The position numbers and the translations under genes are program-made. The notes under the pieces were generated by a model. It saw nothing but the letters and a program-made list of their open reading frames with translations. It did not search any database and was not told where the DNA came from. DNA of 63,790 nt, the filler included, from Reticulomyxa filosa (Eukaryota > Protista > Foraminifera), in NCBI GenBank assembly GCA_000512085.1. It is 15 parts of 15 records of this genome, joined end to end, with 100 filler letters (N's around TTAATTAATTAA, not from the genome) between each part and the next. Parts side by side here need not be neighbours in the genome. Positions count along the whole stretch, not along the records: positions 1 to 20,418 come from ASPP01024418.1; 14 more parts are not named here. The stretch is one strand, 5' to 3'. Below, piece by piece: positions 1-12,700 of this stretch (positions within the stretch are counted from its first letter, which is position 1; every line of letters begins with the position of its first letter).

Positions 1-85
1 GATTAAATGTTGTTTTTTCATGGAGAAACAAAATCATCTCTATAAGGTGGCATTTTAGGTGTCAACTTTCTTTTATATCTTACTG
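1..85 (-). mobile_element. End of a dispersed TIR/MITE-like element (truncated by window start)
   Basis: Minus strand reads TA|CAGTAAGATATAAAAGAAAGTTGACACCTAAAATGCCACCTTATAG...TTTCTCCATGAAAAA. A near-identical segment recurs at 60227-60273 on another contig. Confidence 0.55.
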
Positions 86-211
86 TATATTGAACTAAGT
101 CTATTCAACTATTTAGCGCAAAAAGCGTTTTGAGTTTATAACTAAGCAAATATTAGCCCAATATACTTGACACACTACCACCATAATCCATCTAAAAATA
201 AAACTGACTTA

Positions 212-338
212 CGGTAGGTTGCAAAGAAACTGAACGCTTAAAACGATATCATATGATGGTAATTGATTTTCTCCATGAAAAATCAATTATCATCATATGA
301 TATCGTTTTAGGCGTTCAGTTTTCTTTGCAACCTACTG
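212..338. mobile_element. 127-bp fold-back MITE with TA target-site duplication (Tc1/mariner-type ends)
   Basis: Two ~59-bp inverted arms (C[A/G]GTAGGTTGCAAAG...) differ by 3 substitutions and 1 indel around a short loop. TA flanks both ends (210-211, 339-340). Confidence 0.75.
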
Positions 339-1085
339 TATATTGTAAAACATTTTCATGTAATGCGCTTTTTCGTTCTATATTATTTGCGAAATTATTC
401 AGTCCAAAGCAATCCCGCATAAATTAAACTGTGATCTTGGCCTACTTCGAAATTTATCTAAGTATTTACATTGTGCCACAATTCAAAATGTATCACCTTT
501 TTACTTGTCGTTTCCGTTGGAATATCATTTCCAAGTTCATAAAATATTTTTTTTATAGTAGTTGAATATTGTAAAAATCGTGATGTTTTACCACATTTTT
601 TTTGGCAAGACGATAGTCTATCGATTTATCAAATCGAAAGAGAATATTCTATGAAGTTTGCTTGTCCTATGTCTGCATAAGACGCCTTGTCTGATTTTAT
701 ACTTCCAAATAGACAAAAATGTTTATCATTTCTATGAAATTACGATATCTTATAGAAGTTCAATTTTTTGATGTTTTGCAATTTTATTTTCGATCAAAGC
801 ATAACATAAAATAAACCAATAGTATGTATTGCAGTTTTTTTTGTGATTGTATAAAATTTTATTATTTTCTTTTAATGAGTGATCCGTGTTATCCTTTTCA
901 AATTGGTACTTTGAGTAGATAAGACATAAATGAAGAGGGTCACTTCTTGGGCAAAGTGCACATTTTTGAGTCGAACGTTAGAAAAAAAGAAAAAACGGGC
1001 GATTTAGAGACACAACCAAACGCATTCCCATGGTTTTATTGAAAGTTGACAACGCTTTCTCGTTTTTTTTGTTTCCTTTCAACTG

Positions 1086-2831
1086 TTACTTTCTCTCGTC
1101 TTTATTTCTTTTATCCTTATTGTGACTCTTACTTCTATTTCTACCTCTATCTCTGTTCTTGTCGTTACTCCTGCTTTTATCTCTACTTCTCTTTCTTCGA
1201 TAGCTGCTCCTACTACTTCGGCTTCGGCTTCGGCTTCGACTTCGACTTTTATGCTTGCTTCTATTTCTGTGTTTATACCTGTCTGTATCTTCATTGGAGG
1301 TTTTAGTAGAATGATTTTCACTTATTTTCTTCGATTGAGTGTGCGAGGAATCACGAATGGAAGAGTGTCGTTTAGACTCGGAAGTGTCCTTATGCAAAAG
1401 TTGTTCAACAATGGGGTCGTGGCCAACCTCTTCAAAGGTGAGATCCATTCTCTTTCCTTTCCAAAGGCTGTCTGGTTCAGAAGGATTTCTCCCGTCCAAT
1501 TTTGTTTCGTGTTTCGGACGTTGGGTATCACGGGCATTATGTTTGAAAGGTTTTCGGTCCTTTCCACGCATATTTGCTTCCAGTACTCGCATGGATGCAT
1601 TTTGAGTGGAAAATTTGCCGCCTTTGTGATAGTGGGACCAATATTTGGAAACGGATTGAGAAAAGTCTACTTTTATCCTGCGATCGTCGATCAACATGTT
1701 ATTCCCTTCCACGTACGCACGCTCACAGTCTTTGGTGGATTCAAACGTGATGAAGGCATAACACAGACTATCTCCTGTCTTCCAATCTCGAATTATTTCG
1801 CAATCCACAATTGACCCAAATCTCGAAAATATGAGTTGCAAATGTTCGTCTTTGGTATAAGGATTTAACTTACACACAAACAACACATTGTCCGGTGGTT
1901 TGATATCCGACTCGGGAATATCGCCAAGCAATTCCAATACAATGGCATCCGATTTGGCGTTTTCGCGAGCTAATTCTTCACGCAGTTCTTCTTCGGTTTC
2001 ATGCAATTTTAAAAGAATCTGTGAATCTTCATCCTCTTCATTCTCTTCCCCTTCTTTCTTCTCTTTGTGTTGCTTGTTTTCTTCTGATTTTGCTGAGTCA
2101 TCCAAATTTGTTTCTTCTTTGTCGTTCGTGTGTTTGCTGCCCGTTTCTTCCTCTGCGGTGGATTGAATTTTTTCTGTTTGTTCTTTTCGTTCTTTTTTCA
2201 AACCGTGTTCTTCCTTGATACGCTCAAAATCAAATCGATCAATCTTTGGCGTCGGTGATCGTTCAGGGATTAGCTGCTCTAGACCCTCAGGATCTGGAAA
2301 AGGATCCCCAATTATGATCGTGTGGCGTATACGTATGTTGGTTAAAGGACGACCCGTCGTTTCGTCCACATACACACTGTTGATCTTCTGTAATACATCC
2401 AAACCTTCCTCTACTTGTCCAAATATTCCGTATTTTCCATCCAAGCGCTGCAAGTGCTCTTGTGAAGTTGTGATAAAGAATTGGCTCGTGCTGCTCGCTT
2501 TGTTCAACTGTTGAGAATTGTTGTCTCGCAATGACGCCATTGACACAATGCCAATGTGCTTGTGCTTCAGTGTCGGTGAGATTTCGCTTTTGAAATATCT
2601 GTTTAATGGATTAGTTGGATCTAACAGTCCCCATATGCTCGTCCCACCTTTACCCGTTCCTGTCGGATCACCAGTTTGTATGATGAAATCTTTTTGGATG
2701 TTGTGAAATAAACAATCATTATAATATTTTATTTTGCAAAGCTTTAAGAAGTTCTCACATGCTTTAGGTGCCTCGTCAACAAATAGATCAAGCACCAGAG
2801 TCCCCAATGATGTTTCAATGATTACGGACAT
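1086..2831 (-). CDS. PPIL4: Cyclophilin-RRM peptidyl-prolyl isomerase (PPIL4/CYP59/Rct1), intronless, RS-rich tail
   Basis: N-terminal cyclophilin domain (MSVIIETSLG...ENFLKLCKIKYYN...QTGDPTGTGKGG), RRM (PPDNVLFVCKLNP...FSRFG...GDSLCYAFITF...IDDRRIKVDFSQSV) and RS-repeat C-terminus. Confidence 0.96.
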   Translation of the reverse strand: MSVIIETSLGTLVLDLFVDEAPKACENFLKLCKIKYYNDCLFHNIQKDFIIQTGDPTGTGKGGTSIWGLLDPTNPLNRYFKSEISPTLKHKHIGIVSMASLRDNNSQQLNKASSTSQFFITTSQEHLQRLDGKYGIFGQVEEGLDVLQKINSVYVDETTGRPLTNIRIRHTIIIGDPFPDPEGLEQLIPERSPTPKIDRFDFERIKEEHGLKKERKEQTEKIQSTAEEETGSKHTNDKEETNLDDSAKSEENKQHKEKKEGEENEEDEDSQILLKLHETEEELREELARENAKSDAIVLELLGDIPESDIKPPDNVLFVCKLNPYTKDEHLQLIFSRFGSIVDCEIIRDWKTGDSLCYAFITFESTKDCERAYVEGNNMLIDDRRIKVDFSQSVSKYWSHYHKGGKFSTQNASMRVLEANMRGKDRKPFKHNARDTQRPKHETKLDGRNPSEPDSLWKGKRMDLTFEEVGHDPIVEQLLHKDTSESKRHSSIRDSSHTQSKKISENHSTKTSNEDTDRYKHRNRSKHKSRSRSRSRSRSSRSSYRRKRSRDKSRSNDKNRDRGRNRSKSHNKDKRNKDERK

Positions 2832-3129
2832 GAGGTTTTTTAAAATAAATATCGTGTTTCCCCCATTTTCTTTTCAACTCAAATTATTTCAAAGTTTAGT
2901 ATTGTAAAAAAGAAACACCAGTTATTTCGGTACTTCTGATCAGAAACAATAACACAATTATTCGATGACCTCCACCAGCGAGCAGCAAGAGTGAATAGTA
3001 ATAAAAAAAGTAAAAACAATAGCAATAAAAAAGAGATGCAAAGATAAGTTGTTCCATTAGGAAAGAGAGCAAAAAAAAAATTTGCATTGCATTTTATTTA
3101 TTTGCACTTTGCTTTGAAAACATTTTTTT

Positions 3130-6100
3130 TTAAGCGGAAGTAGCCCTTTGTGTTTTTTCTGGAAGTATTTCGTTGGGAGACAACACAACGTTCCCACTGT
3201 TGTTAACATTACTGTTACCAAGGATGTATTGATTATAAATGCCCTGTAGTTGTTGGAAAGCAACTTTGAGAGTTTCTCTAACGTTCAAAATTTCCTCCAA
3301 TTCTTTTTGGACATTGCTTCTCTTATATAAAGTGCGTTCATATTTGTCAAAATGCTTTTTCAAGATTGCCCAATTGGTACCATAGCTGCTATCAGTTATT
3401 GAGCCAGTGCTGTGCGCACGTTCTACCGTTTTCGATTTTGCGTCCAGTGCTAATCCAGTTTGCGTTGTTCCTGTGTATTTTCAGTCAGATGTTTATTTAT
3501 AGTTTTTTCCTTGGCGTCTTTTCCCCCGCTTTTGCTTTGCAATGGTAATTGTACAAAGAGAAGAAATTAATAAAATAAGTGAATCACGGATAAAAAGAGG
3601 ATGGATGCAATACAATCAACTCAAACCTGGATTACCTTCCACTTCACCTTTTGTTTGCACATTGACAGATGTTGTTTTGGAATCTGTTTTTTCTTTTTCT
3701 TTTTCCTTTTCTTTTTCTTTGTCTTTATCTTTATCTTTATCTTTTTCCTTTTCCTTTTCTTTTTCTCTGTCAATTTCTTGCTCTCTTCGAAGCTGCTCCT
3801 GCACTTTTTGACCTTGCGGATTGGTTGGTCGTACAACTTCACGCGCAATTGTCTGTCCAGGCTGCAGATTGCTTTTCTTTTTGCCCTTGCTCTTGCTGTT
3901 ATTCGTATTGCTGTTGTTGCCACTGGCCGCTTTTGTGTCCTCGCCACTCGAATTGCCAGTGCTGAGTTTTTGTGTATCTGCGGATGCTGGCAAAGAGGAG
4001 GAAGAGGACGAGGGGGAAGAGGTCAATTGCGACCCTTCGATGGACGAAGGGGAGGAATTCGGGGTCGAGTTTTTGCTGCTTTTGGAAGACACGACACTCT
4101 CACCGGCAGAGACGTCATCCATCGATCGAACGGACGAAGCAGCGGGCGAAGAGGCCTTGGACGTCGTGCCGACGCCGGTGTAATTGGACAAAGCTCCCGT
4201 CTCTTGCAACTTGCTTAGCAAAGGAGGGGCGTCGAGTTTTTCCACTTCCTCCTTCGTTTGCTGCCAAGGGATTGACAGATACGAATTCAATTCGATCAAA
4301 AAGTCCTTCAAGTCAAACTCTTTGGTTTTCTGAGGATGGAATCCCAGTGTCACCATCCACTTCATTCGAATGTTTTCATCGCGTTGGTTTACCTTTTGTT
4401 CGGGCGAAGGTTGATCTGTAGTGTGTGTTTGTATCGCATTCCCAATTTTATATTTACATATGTGTATATTACATATATATGTGTGAAATAACTTTTAAGA
4501 AAGTGCATGGGAACGCGCAAGTGTAATTGCGGCGAAATAGAATTTCCGGACAAATGTTTTGCCTCAAACAAGTCTTGGGTTTTGTAGCGATCCATGGTCT
4601 GGATGTTGCTGGCTCTGGAGTCGCGCGAAGGATCTGAAAACGGAGAAAAGGCCCCACCTCCGCTGCTGAAAGGAGCGGGCGAGTCTGTTAATGCCAGCGT
4701 GTGTCCGCCAGAACGCATTGGAGAACGTCGATTGTTCATCGAGTCTCCATGTTCCGACCCCCTTTTTTTTTAAAACAAAAAAAACAAAAACAAATGAATA
4801 AATAAAAAATATGCATTCATTGAATAGAAAACTAAACAGAAAAGAAGAAGAATAGCCATTGTGATAGGGCAATTTGGAAGCACTTTCATGTTCAACAGAT
4901 TTCATATCATCCATGTGTAACGAAGCCAAATATTGTTGATGCTGTTGCTGTTGTTTTAGGGCGAGTTCTTCCTGTTTGTTAGACTCTTTTTTTTCTCGTG
5001 ATGCCTTCTCTTTGTCGATGCGTTGACTGGAAACCTTCTTACGAATAATCTTCATCATCTTTTTCAAGTCTTTCAAATGCTCTTGCGTGGCGTGTCTTTG
5101 TGTGGACACCACTTGCAGCTTCGTTTTGAGTATTTCTCTTTCTTTGTCCGTTTGCGCAGCTCTGACCAACAGCTCCTCGTGACGACGATTGGCGTCGTTG
5201 GCCATGGCACTGATCCAAAGTCGTCCCGGCAATACTTCGGCGATTTCCAAGAGATGTGCTTGTTTGTTACCTCGAAAGTGTTCAAAGGACAACATATGGA
5301 AGTGATGAGTGACCTCCCACGTTGGATTTTCCACTTGAGCCAGCATCGTGGAACGCTCGTTTTCGATTGACCGTAACACTTCCACGTATTGTTTCAATGA
5401 TTCGTTTCGCACCGTCCCTTGCCGTGCCAACTGCTGTGCATACGACGACAGCGCACGCTGCTTCTTACGCAGCTCGCCCATTCGCCCCCCTGCTTCGAAG
5501 TAGATCTCCACAATGTCCGCTGTCACTTTCTCGTGCTTATTGCTCAGTGCTTCAAATTCATGTCGTTTCATCTCGACGTATTTTTCTAATGCATCCAATC
5601 GACTTTTATGTTTCTCGACGTACAATGGAGTTTTTTCGATTAATCTTTTTTTTTTTTTTTTTTACATTAAAAAAATGTAATTAAAAAAATTGGGATGAAA
5701 CAAATATTACTCAATGATCGATCTTGGTTTTGCTTTTGATTTGCTTGATTTGACACCTGGCAATGTAAATGACACGCCCTTCACTTTTGCTGTGAACACA
5801 GGCGCGCCATATATTGGAGCACTTGCCGGAGTTGAATCTGTCACATTGCCGGTATCACCACTTCCTATCACACTTGACGTGTCCACTTCACTCTTTTCAT
5901 TCGGTACGCCCACCTCACTGGTGCTTTGCAAGTCCACGCTAAAGGACGTGTGTTGCAAATAGTCCTCCATTTCACGCATGTTCTGTTGAATCTCATCCGT
6001 CAATTTTTTGCATTGTATCAATTGCAATTTCATTGACGCAGTTGAGTCCTACCGAGTTTTATTGGTATTGGTATTCGTGTTAGTGCTGTTGCCATTAATA

Positions 6101-6234
6101 TTGCTGTTTTGGCTTATTCTTTTGTTTTCTCCCTCATGCTTTCTTTCTTCAACAGTTTTTTATTAAAAAAAAAACATTTGCCTCCTGACTTTTGTGCGTT
6201 TTGAATCACGTGAAGAAGATTTTGGTTTAGACAT
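3130..6234 (-). CDS. Multi-exon hypothetical coiled-coil protein with Ser-rich and KE/KD low-complexity regions
   Basis: Co-oriented ORFs 5707-6033, 4564-5625, 4389-4739, 3616-4365 and 3130-3363 are separated by AT-rich intron-like gaps. Likely first exon MSKPKSSSRDSKRTK (ATG 6234) splices GTCAGG...CGGTAG to DSTASMKLQ. The 3' end is uncertain. Confidence 0.6.
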
Positions 6235-6783
6235 TCGTTTGAACAGGAAACAATAATTACAAGAAAGTCAAAATTAGGAAGCCATGTGATATGGCCAATC
6301 AATAACGAAAATTTGTGTTTTTTGTTATTTGGATCTAGCCCGCCGACAACCGTTTTACTCTTTTTTTTTGACAAAGTTCACCAATGCATTTGACAGCTTA
6401 TTTGCTTATACCGACACTTTGCGTATATGGATAGCATTTTGTAAAATTTTTGATTTTTCGGATGACTGATAATCTGACGGGAAGAACTCCAGGAATTTCC
6501 ATATCGTTTCGGAAATGTGCAATTTTTAAAGAATTTTCCATCGGAACCACTTATAAGGTTTTTGAGGCTGGAGCAATGAGACAATTCGCAGTCTTTCTGG
6601 TAAAGGAAATGAATTGGAGAAACAAATGCAAATTGGCTAACATTTAAATAAATTAAGAATAAACAAAAAGCCCACACCCAGAACTAACAAAAATTACAGA
6701 TGAAACTCAATGCATCAATAAATAATAACTTTTTCCATCATTTTGTTTTCTTAGACACAGAAACACAATAAATGACAACGAAA

Positions 6784-9700
6784 TCATCCAACTAAAAGTT
6801 GGTTAATATAGCGAACTCTGTCAGTCAAAGAGACCAATAAAATCTCTAATTTTTGCTTTGAATTTTTATCAAAAAGAATTGATTTTTTGATTCGCTCCAG
6901 TCTTTCTAACAATGGATAGATGGAAGGACAGTCCATACGTCGCATTGCGACAATTATCTGTGTTAGTTTTTATTTGTCATTTAGATCAGATATTGTCAAA
7001 TGTATATTTTCTAAATATTTTTGTGAATAGTCCAAAACTTTTTGATTGTGATGGATCATTTTCCACAGCAATGTGACTAAAGATAATTTAATGGAAAAAG
7101 TTTGAACGGCGCTAAGTTGTTGAGAAAGTGGCCAATGAGAAACTGTTAACTGAGAAAATTCTTTGATACATTGTTGGATGGCCGACTCATAACTCTCATC
7201 CACCAAAATAATAAATATTTTGCGAATGAATTGTTCATCCAAGCAAAAAGCCGTTTTGAACGAAGCATTGAAGCTTAAATTTCGGAAATACTCACAAGTG
7301 TGACACAAAAATTCGTTGTCGGTTATATCAAGCCACGAGCGCATTTCGTCTAATTTCGTTGGTACTTTTTTGCAAAAAACAAACAATATTGACTTACATG
7401 ACATCAACAAAAGAAAAAAACAGAGTGATGTCAACGTAACAAAAATACTTTGCTAAGATGCTTTGACCAAAATCAGTTAAGGTTAAATTGCACAGTAATT
7501 TGATACAACATAATCGTCGATGTTTAAATCCCGAGTTTTTTTGACTGTATTGAATAATCTGCAAGCATAGTTGAAACAAATTTTTGTTGGCATTATCACA
7601 TTGAGAGGTGCTGCCTTTACGTGGATTAGCTTTGATAGAAGCGAGCGAAGATCTGTCACTCCAATTCGTAATTAGGTAATTGACTCCGTCATTGCACAGC
7701 ATCATCGATTGTAGCAACTCAAAGCACAAATGATAACTGGAAAATTTGGTTTTTATTGCAAACGCTTCGCGAACAATATCAAATAAAAATCGGTTTGCTA
7801 TTACGCCCATCGCTTTCGTTTTCTTGCCTTTTGCCATTGTCTTTTCACCTTCCGATGACATTTTTATTTCGCTAAGCACAAATGCCTGTCTGCCCTCCTT
7901 ACAATGCGACGCCAAATTGATGCAAGCTTTTAACAGGTTGTCATGAATCAAATGACACAATGAATGTCTTTCGTCCAATGTCGATGGATAGAACTGCGTC
8001 AATATCTCTCCAACTCCTTTCAATATTATGCGTTGCTGTACGTAAACAAAAATACATGACGATTATACGTATTCAAAGTTTACAAACAGAGTCAACACAA
8101 ACAAACAAGCAAACAACTTTGATGTCACAGGTTGCCGCAAACAAATAATTTTGAAGAAAGTGCAACAAGCGGCATAGTTCCATGGCAGTTCGTTCTGTCC
8201 GCAATAGTGCTTGTGTCTGAATCGTCAATTGATTTTTTTGTGCAGTTGTTTGCATTTTTGCATTTGATTTTGCTTTGTTTTTTTTTGCATTGCCAATTTC
8301 ATTTCCGTGTTCATTATTTCCGTCCTTATCATCATTGCCATCTTTTTCGTCATTTTGATTTTGAGAGTCTTCCTCATCTTCACTATCGCTCCGATTTTGA
8401 TTTCGAGAAGCACGCACTCCAAACATTTGGTTGTTGTGGCTCATGGCAAACACATTTTCATTTCGAGCATTGCTGCCACTCCAATTTTTTTGAAGTGGTT
8501 TGATTGTTTGGGTTTGATCTGTGGATGGTGAGCAGCCTTGCAGATTTTCAATTTGAACAGCAAAGAGCTCTGCGATTTGCGCAACTCTGAAAGTCAACCA
8601 ATCTAAAAACCCTTCTTCATCTTTCGATTGATCGGCCAATATCATTTTGGCCATTTTCGACGTCGCCACAATAGATCCCAGAGCATGATAATATTCTGGC
8701 AAAAGGCGAGGAACATCCACATTTTGTCCATCTGTGGAATCAAACTCCAAGGTTCTGTTTTCAAAATTAAAGCAAACGAAACGTCTTCCAACAAAAAATA
8801 ACAAATCAACTAAAAAAATGAAACTTCTGAGCCAATCCTTCTGACAAACAAGTAACAATTGTTTGCAGGGACTTTGGAAAGGATTGCTTGCTTTGGTGAC
8901 TCCAAACTTTTCTTTGATTCACAGTAGTATTGTCACTTTCTTGTTCCAACGGAGATAACAAAGCACCATCGTCAGATGCAGGCACTTGTGAATACAACAA
9001 AAGCATGTTCAATATGCTTTCCCTTACTTGTTCATTGCTTTATTATCCATTACGTATTTCACAAGACATTCCATACAATTATTTAAAATAATGTGAGATG
9101 GTATATATGCACATACATATTATATATGTATATACATATACGCAAAATAACTTAGACTCGAAACAGGACGCAATTTTTTCTAAGAAAAAGTCTTCAAACC
9201 AATCTTCTGGATCACCTGTTTGACTGCTTGGATGAGCAGCGAACAATGGGGCAGCCTTGTGCAAGGCCTCCCTGCATTCTCTATTCTTCGTCTCCAATAA
9301 ATTACAAAATAAGTTACAAATCGGAACACAATGTTCGTACTCTTTCGTCTCACAAGCCATTGTCCACAATATTAGAATGTGAGTCAAATGAGTCTCTTCG
9401 AGAAGTCGCTCACACAAAATTTGTCGATTCATTCGCACTGGATTCTCCTCCGTTTCTTCCACTTCTGCACTTTCGTGCTCAATCGCATCAACCGTGTCAT
9501 ATATACAATTCAACACCTCGATTGCCGCTATGCCGACTGCGACTTGATGACCATCTTCTCCATTATAACTCCAAACCCTTCAGTTTACAATTTGGCATGG
9601 TTTAAACAAACACAAAATAATTTATTATTATTATTATTATTATTAGCAAACAAATCAATGAAAAGTAATACGTAACGCTTCAAGATATTGTGAATGCTTT

Positions 9701-12700
9701 CTGTCCAATGGCACGTGCAAGGTTTGGCACCCTTTTATAAAACGCATTTTAAACTCTTTGGGATTGAGCAATGACAAGTACTTTGAAAAATACATTGGAT
9801 CGTGTACCAATTCTTGATATCCTTCTAGCTGGTAGTAAATGACTGTTTTTATGGCAACCAACAACGATCGAAAGAACAACGTGCTACCATTGTGATAAAT
9901 GTTATTCAATAGTTTCCAAAAATCCATTTCCTTGGTTAGCTTATTGACGATCTCTGTTTCAATGAATTCAGGGCCATTAAAAGATTCTGTCTTATCAGAT
10001 TGGCCATTGAAGGAATGGCTTTGATTTATTTCAAACGCAGTATCTTTGTTCTTTTGCTTTTCATTAGATCGCAACTTTTCAACGTTTGTTAATTTCTTCC
10101 ATTCAAAGTGCTCTTCCACAATGACACAGAGACAATCCAAAGCCTGTGCACGTACCAAAGCATGGCTCGAATATTTGATGGCTCCAAAAATGTGTGTCCG
10201 CAATTGGAGATGATTGGCCCACACCACTTTCAAACCGCTCTGATATCTCCCGCGACAACAGCGCATGAAACTGCACAACACGGAAAAGGCCAGACTCGAC
10301 GTGACGACATCGCGATGCGATAAAAAGTAAAGTATCCAAGAAATGCGCTTACAAGAGTCGAAGATGGAGTCTTGATAAAGTGGTTCGCATAACGACTCCA
10401 AGCATAGCAACGACAATCGGACAACATTTCTACGCTCCAAAGCATTTGGAACATGCACATGAGACAACACATCGAACACGCGACGCAAGAGTACATGTCG
10501 TGGCTCTTGTGGAGCAGCAGATGCATCTTGGCGATGCCCTCTTTTGTCGTCTGCAGAACATTCGAATGGGTGAATGGTCCCAGCCACTCGGCCTGCGTTC
10601 AATACGTTGTACAAAAATTGCAAAGACAACTGCATGCGCACATTCATGTAAATCCAAGAGTGTAATGAGGTGGGGCTATCTCGATCGCTTCCCGAATGGA
10701 TATCACATTTGGTTTGAATCAACAGAAACGATGTAACTTTACGAAATGCGATTTGATGCTCTTTCTGATTTGTAATCAATGCAAACCAAGTATCAAACAC
10801 GATATTGTTTTTCACTTCACAGAGTCTCTAGCGTTGTCTTATCGCACACAAAAAGCAAAACTTGGTTTCGAACCGAGTCCGTGCACATGGAGCATCTGAT
10901 CCACGCATCCATGAGTTGCAGCATGCTTGCCATCACTCCAGTTTGTATTGCAGAGAGCCTCCAATCTGTGTGCACATTCTCTCGGCTGTCCCTCCGATCT
11001 TCTGGTTCTTGTTCTTGTTTATCGTTTGCTACCGCATTTCTGGACATCCGCCGGTCTTGTGAAACGGCGACCGACTCCAGCCAGGGGATATATTGACAAG
11101 TCAGATATTGACCGAGCTTGTCTGTGAATTGGGCTATCAACTTGTTGTCATTGTCATTGTTCATGTTCATGTTCATGTTCAGCAGACGGAGTACATGCGA
11201 GCAAACGTGAATAAACAGACGACCGTCATTGTTCGACGACGGAACGGTTTTCAAGAACCGTTCGACAATAGCATAATGAAAGGGGTTCGTGCCAATATGT
11301 TGTCGAAACAGTGATGGATGCAGTTCGTTGAGATAGTCTAGTGCATGGAAATGAGTCAGAAATTCTTCGTGGCTCGTCGAGCTTTGCAAGCGTTGAAGCA
11401 ATTGTGTGCAAAGCGATTTCTCATATTCACTGCGCATCTTTTTAATTTTTTTTTCAAGTAAAATAGAGCAAGAGAGAAAGAGAAAAGAGAAAAGAGAAAA
11501 GAACTGAGACAGGACTCTTATTCTGCTGTTTGAATGCAATACTTGCGTTGATCATAAGCTGCGCTTGTTCATTTTGAATAAGCAATTCCTCTCCCATTAC
11601 GGAGGAGTTGATCAATCTGCTGGTCTGAGTCGAGAGAGGAGTGGCCTCGACACTCCAACACCGTTCCAAGTCCCGTGTGTGTGGACTGGTCCATCGGATT
11701 TTATGAAAGGGACACAGCAATTTGACGTGATGCGACAAGAACTTAGGGATCCACATGTGAAACGCCTCCGTTACCATGTTGTCCATCTTTTTGGAGGAAA
11801 GTTGATCCCGACTTGCAGTGCATGAATAGACTGACGCCAATTTGGGCATATAGCACTGTCTTTCACGAGTTACGTACGATGGACTTCGTTCAAAATGGCA
11901 CAGCAGCAAACTCGGATGAAACAACGTATTTGCGAAAATGCAATACGTTATGTATCGAATGGTATCATTGAGATGAAACATATCTTTTTTTTAAAAAAAA
12001 AAAAGAAATGATATAAAAAGTGTGGTTTTATCAAGCACAAATAAAAAAACGTAACAAGGCAGCAAAGTGCCATAAAAATGGACTTGCAAAGTGAGCTGCT
12101 GAGAATTGTGTACGACGCAGTCGTAGTCATCCAACAGCAGATTACATTCCATCCGCAATTTGATCACCTCTAACAAAGAGACGATCCACGCCTCGACTTC
12201 CGAGGAGGAGAGCATGTTGTGTTTGTGCACAACGTGCTGATCAAACACTCGACCTAATACTGCGAGCACTTGGGTCAAAAACTCGTGGCTTCGTACAATG
12301 TCCCATTGGTCTTTGTGCTGCACAAACGACATCGCCAATTGATCGACGGCCGATCTGCGCAATCCGATCTCTAAATCCTCGTCGCCCATCACGTGGATCA
12401 ACTTGCGTATGTCTAGATTTACCTGTGTGGAGGGAGAGTGATCCGCAGTCATCGCCAACGTCGCTGTTAGCGTGGATGCAGTATGCTGTTTCAAATACTG
12501 CAAGAGATGCTGTTGCAAAGGCAGCTGATGTTGGTAGTAGCCCATCGCACCTTTTTCATCTTCCAGTGATACCACCCACGTTCACCTTCACTCCAATCTT
12601 TTTCCACCTCACTGCGAAGATCCGATACATATCTTGCTCGCTCCGCTTCCACCGACTCGTTGTCGCATTGGTAGCATTCCAGCCATTCCAACACTTGTTC

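Noticed and set aside
1046-4421. Many overlapping antisense and alternate-frame ORFs (Phe/Ser/Leu-rich)
   Set aside because: They are shadows of low-complexity coding sequence on the opposite strand or in another frame.
6034-6140. In-frame TAG upstream of ORF 5707-6033 as stop readthrough or an alternative genetic code
   Set aside because: The TAG is explained as the 3' splice site of a GTCAGG...CGGTAG intron. Conserved genes here translate normally with the standard code.
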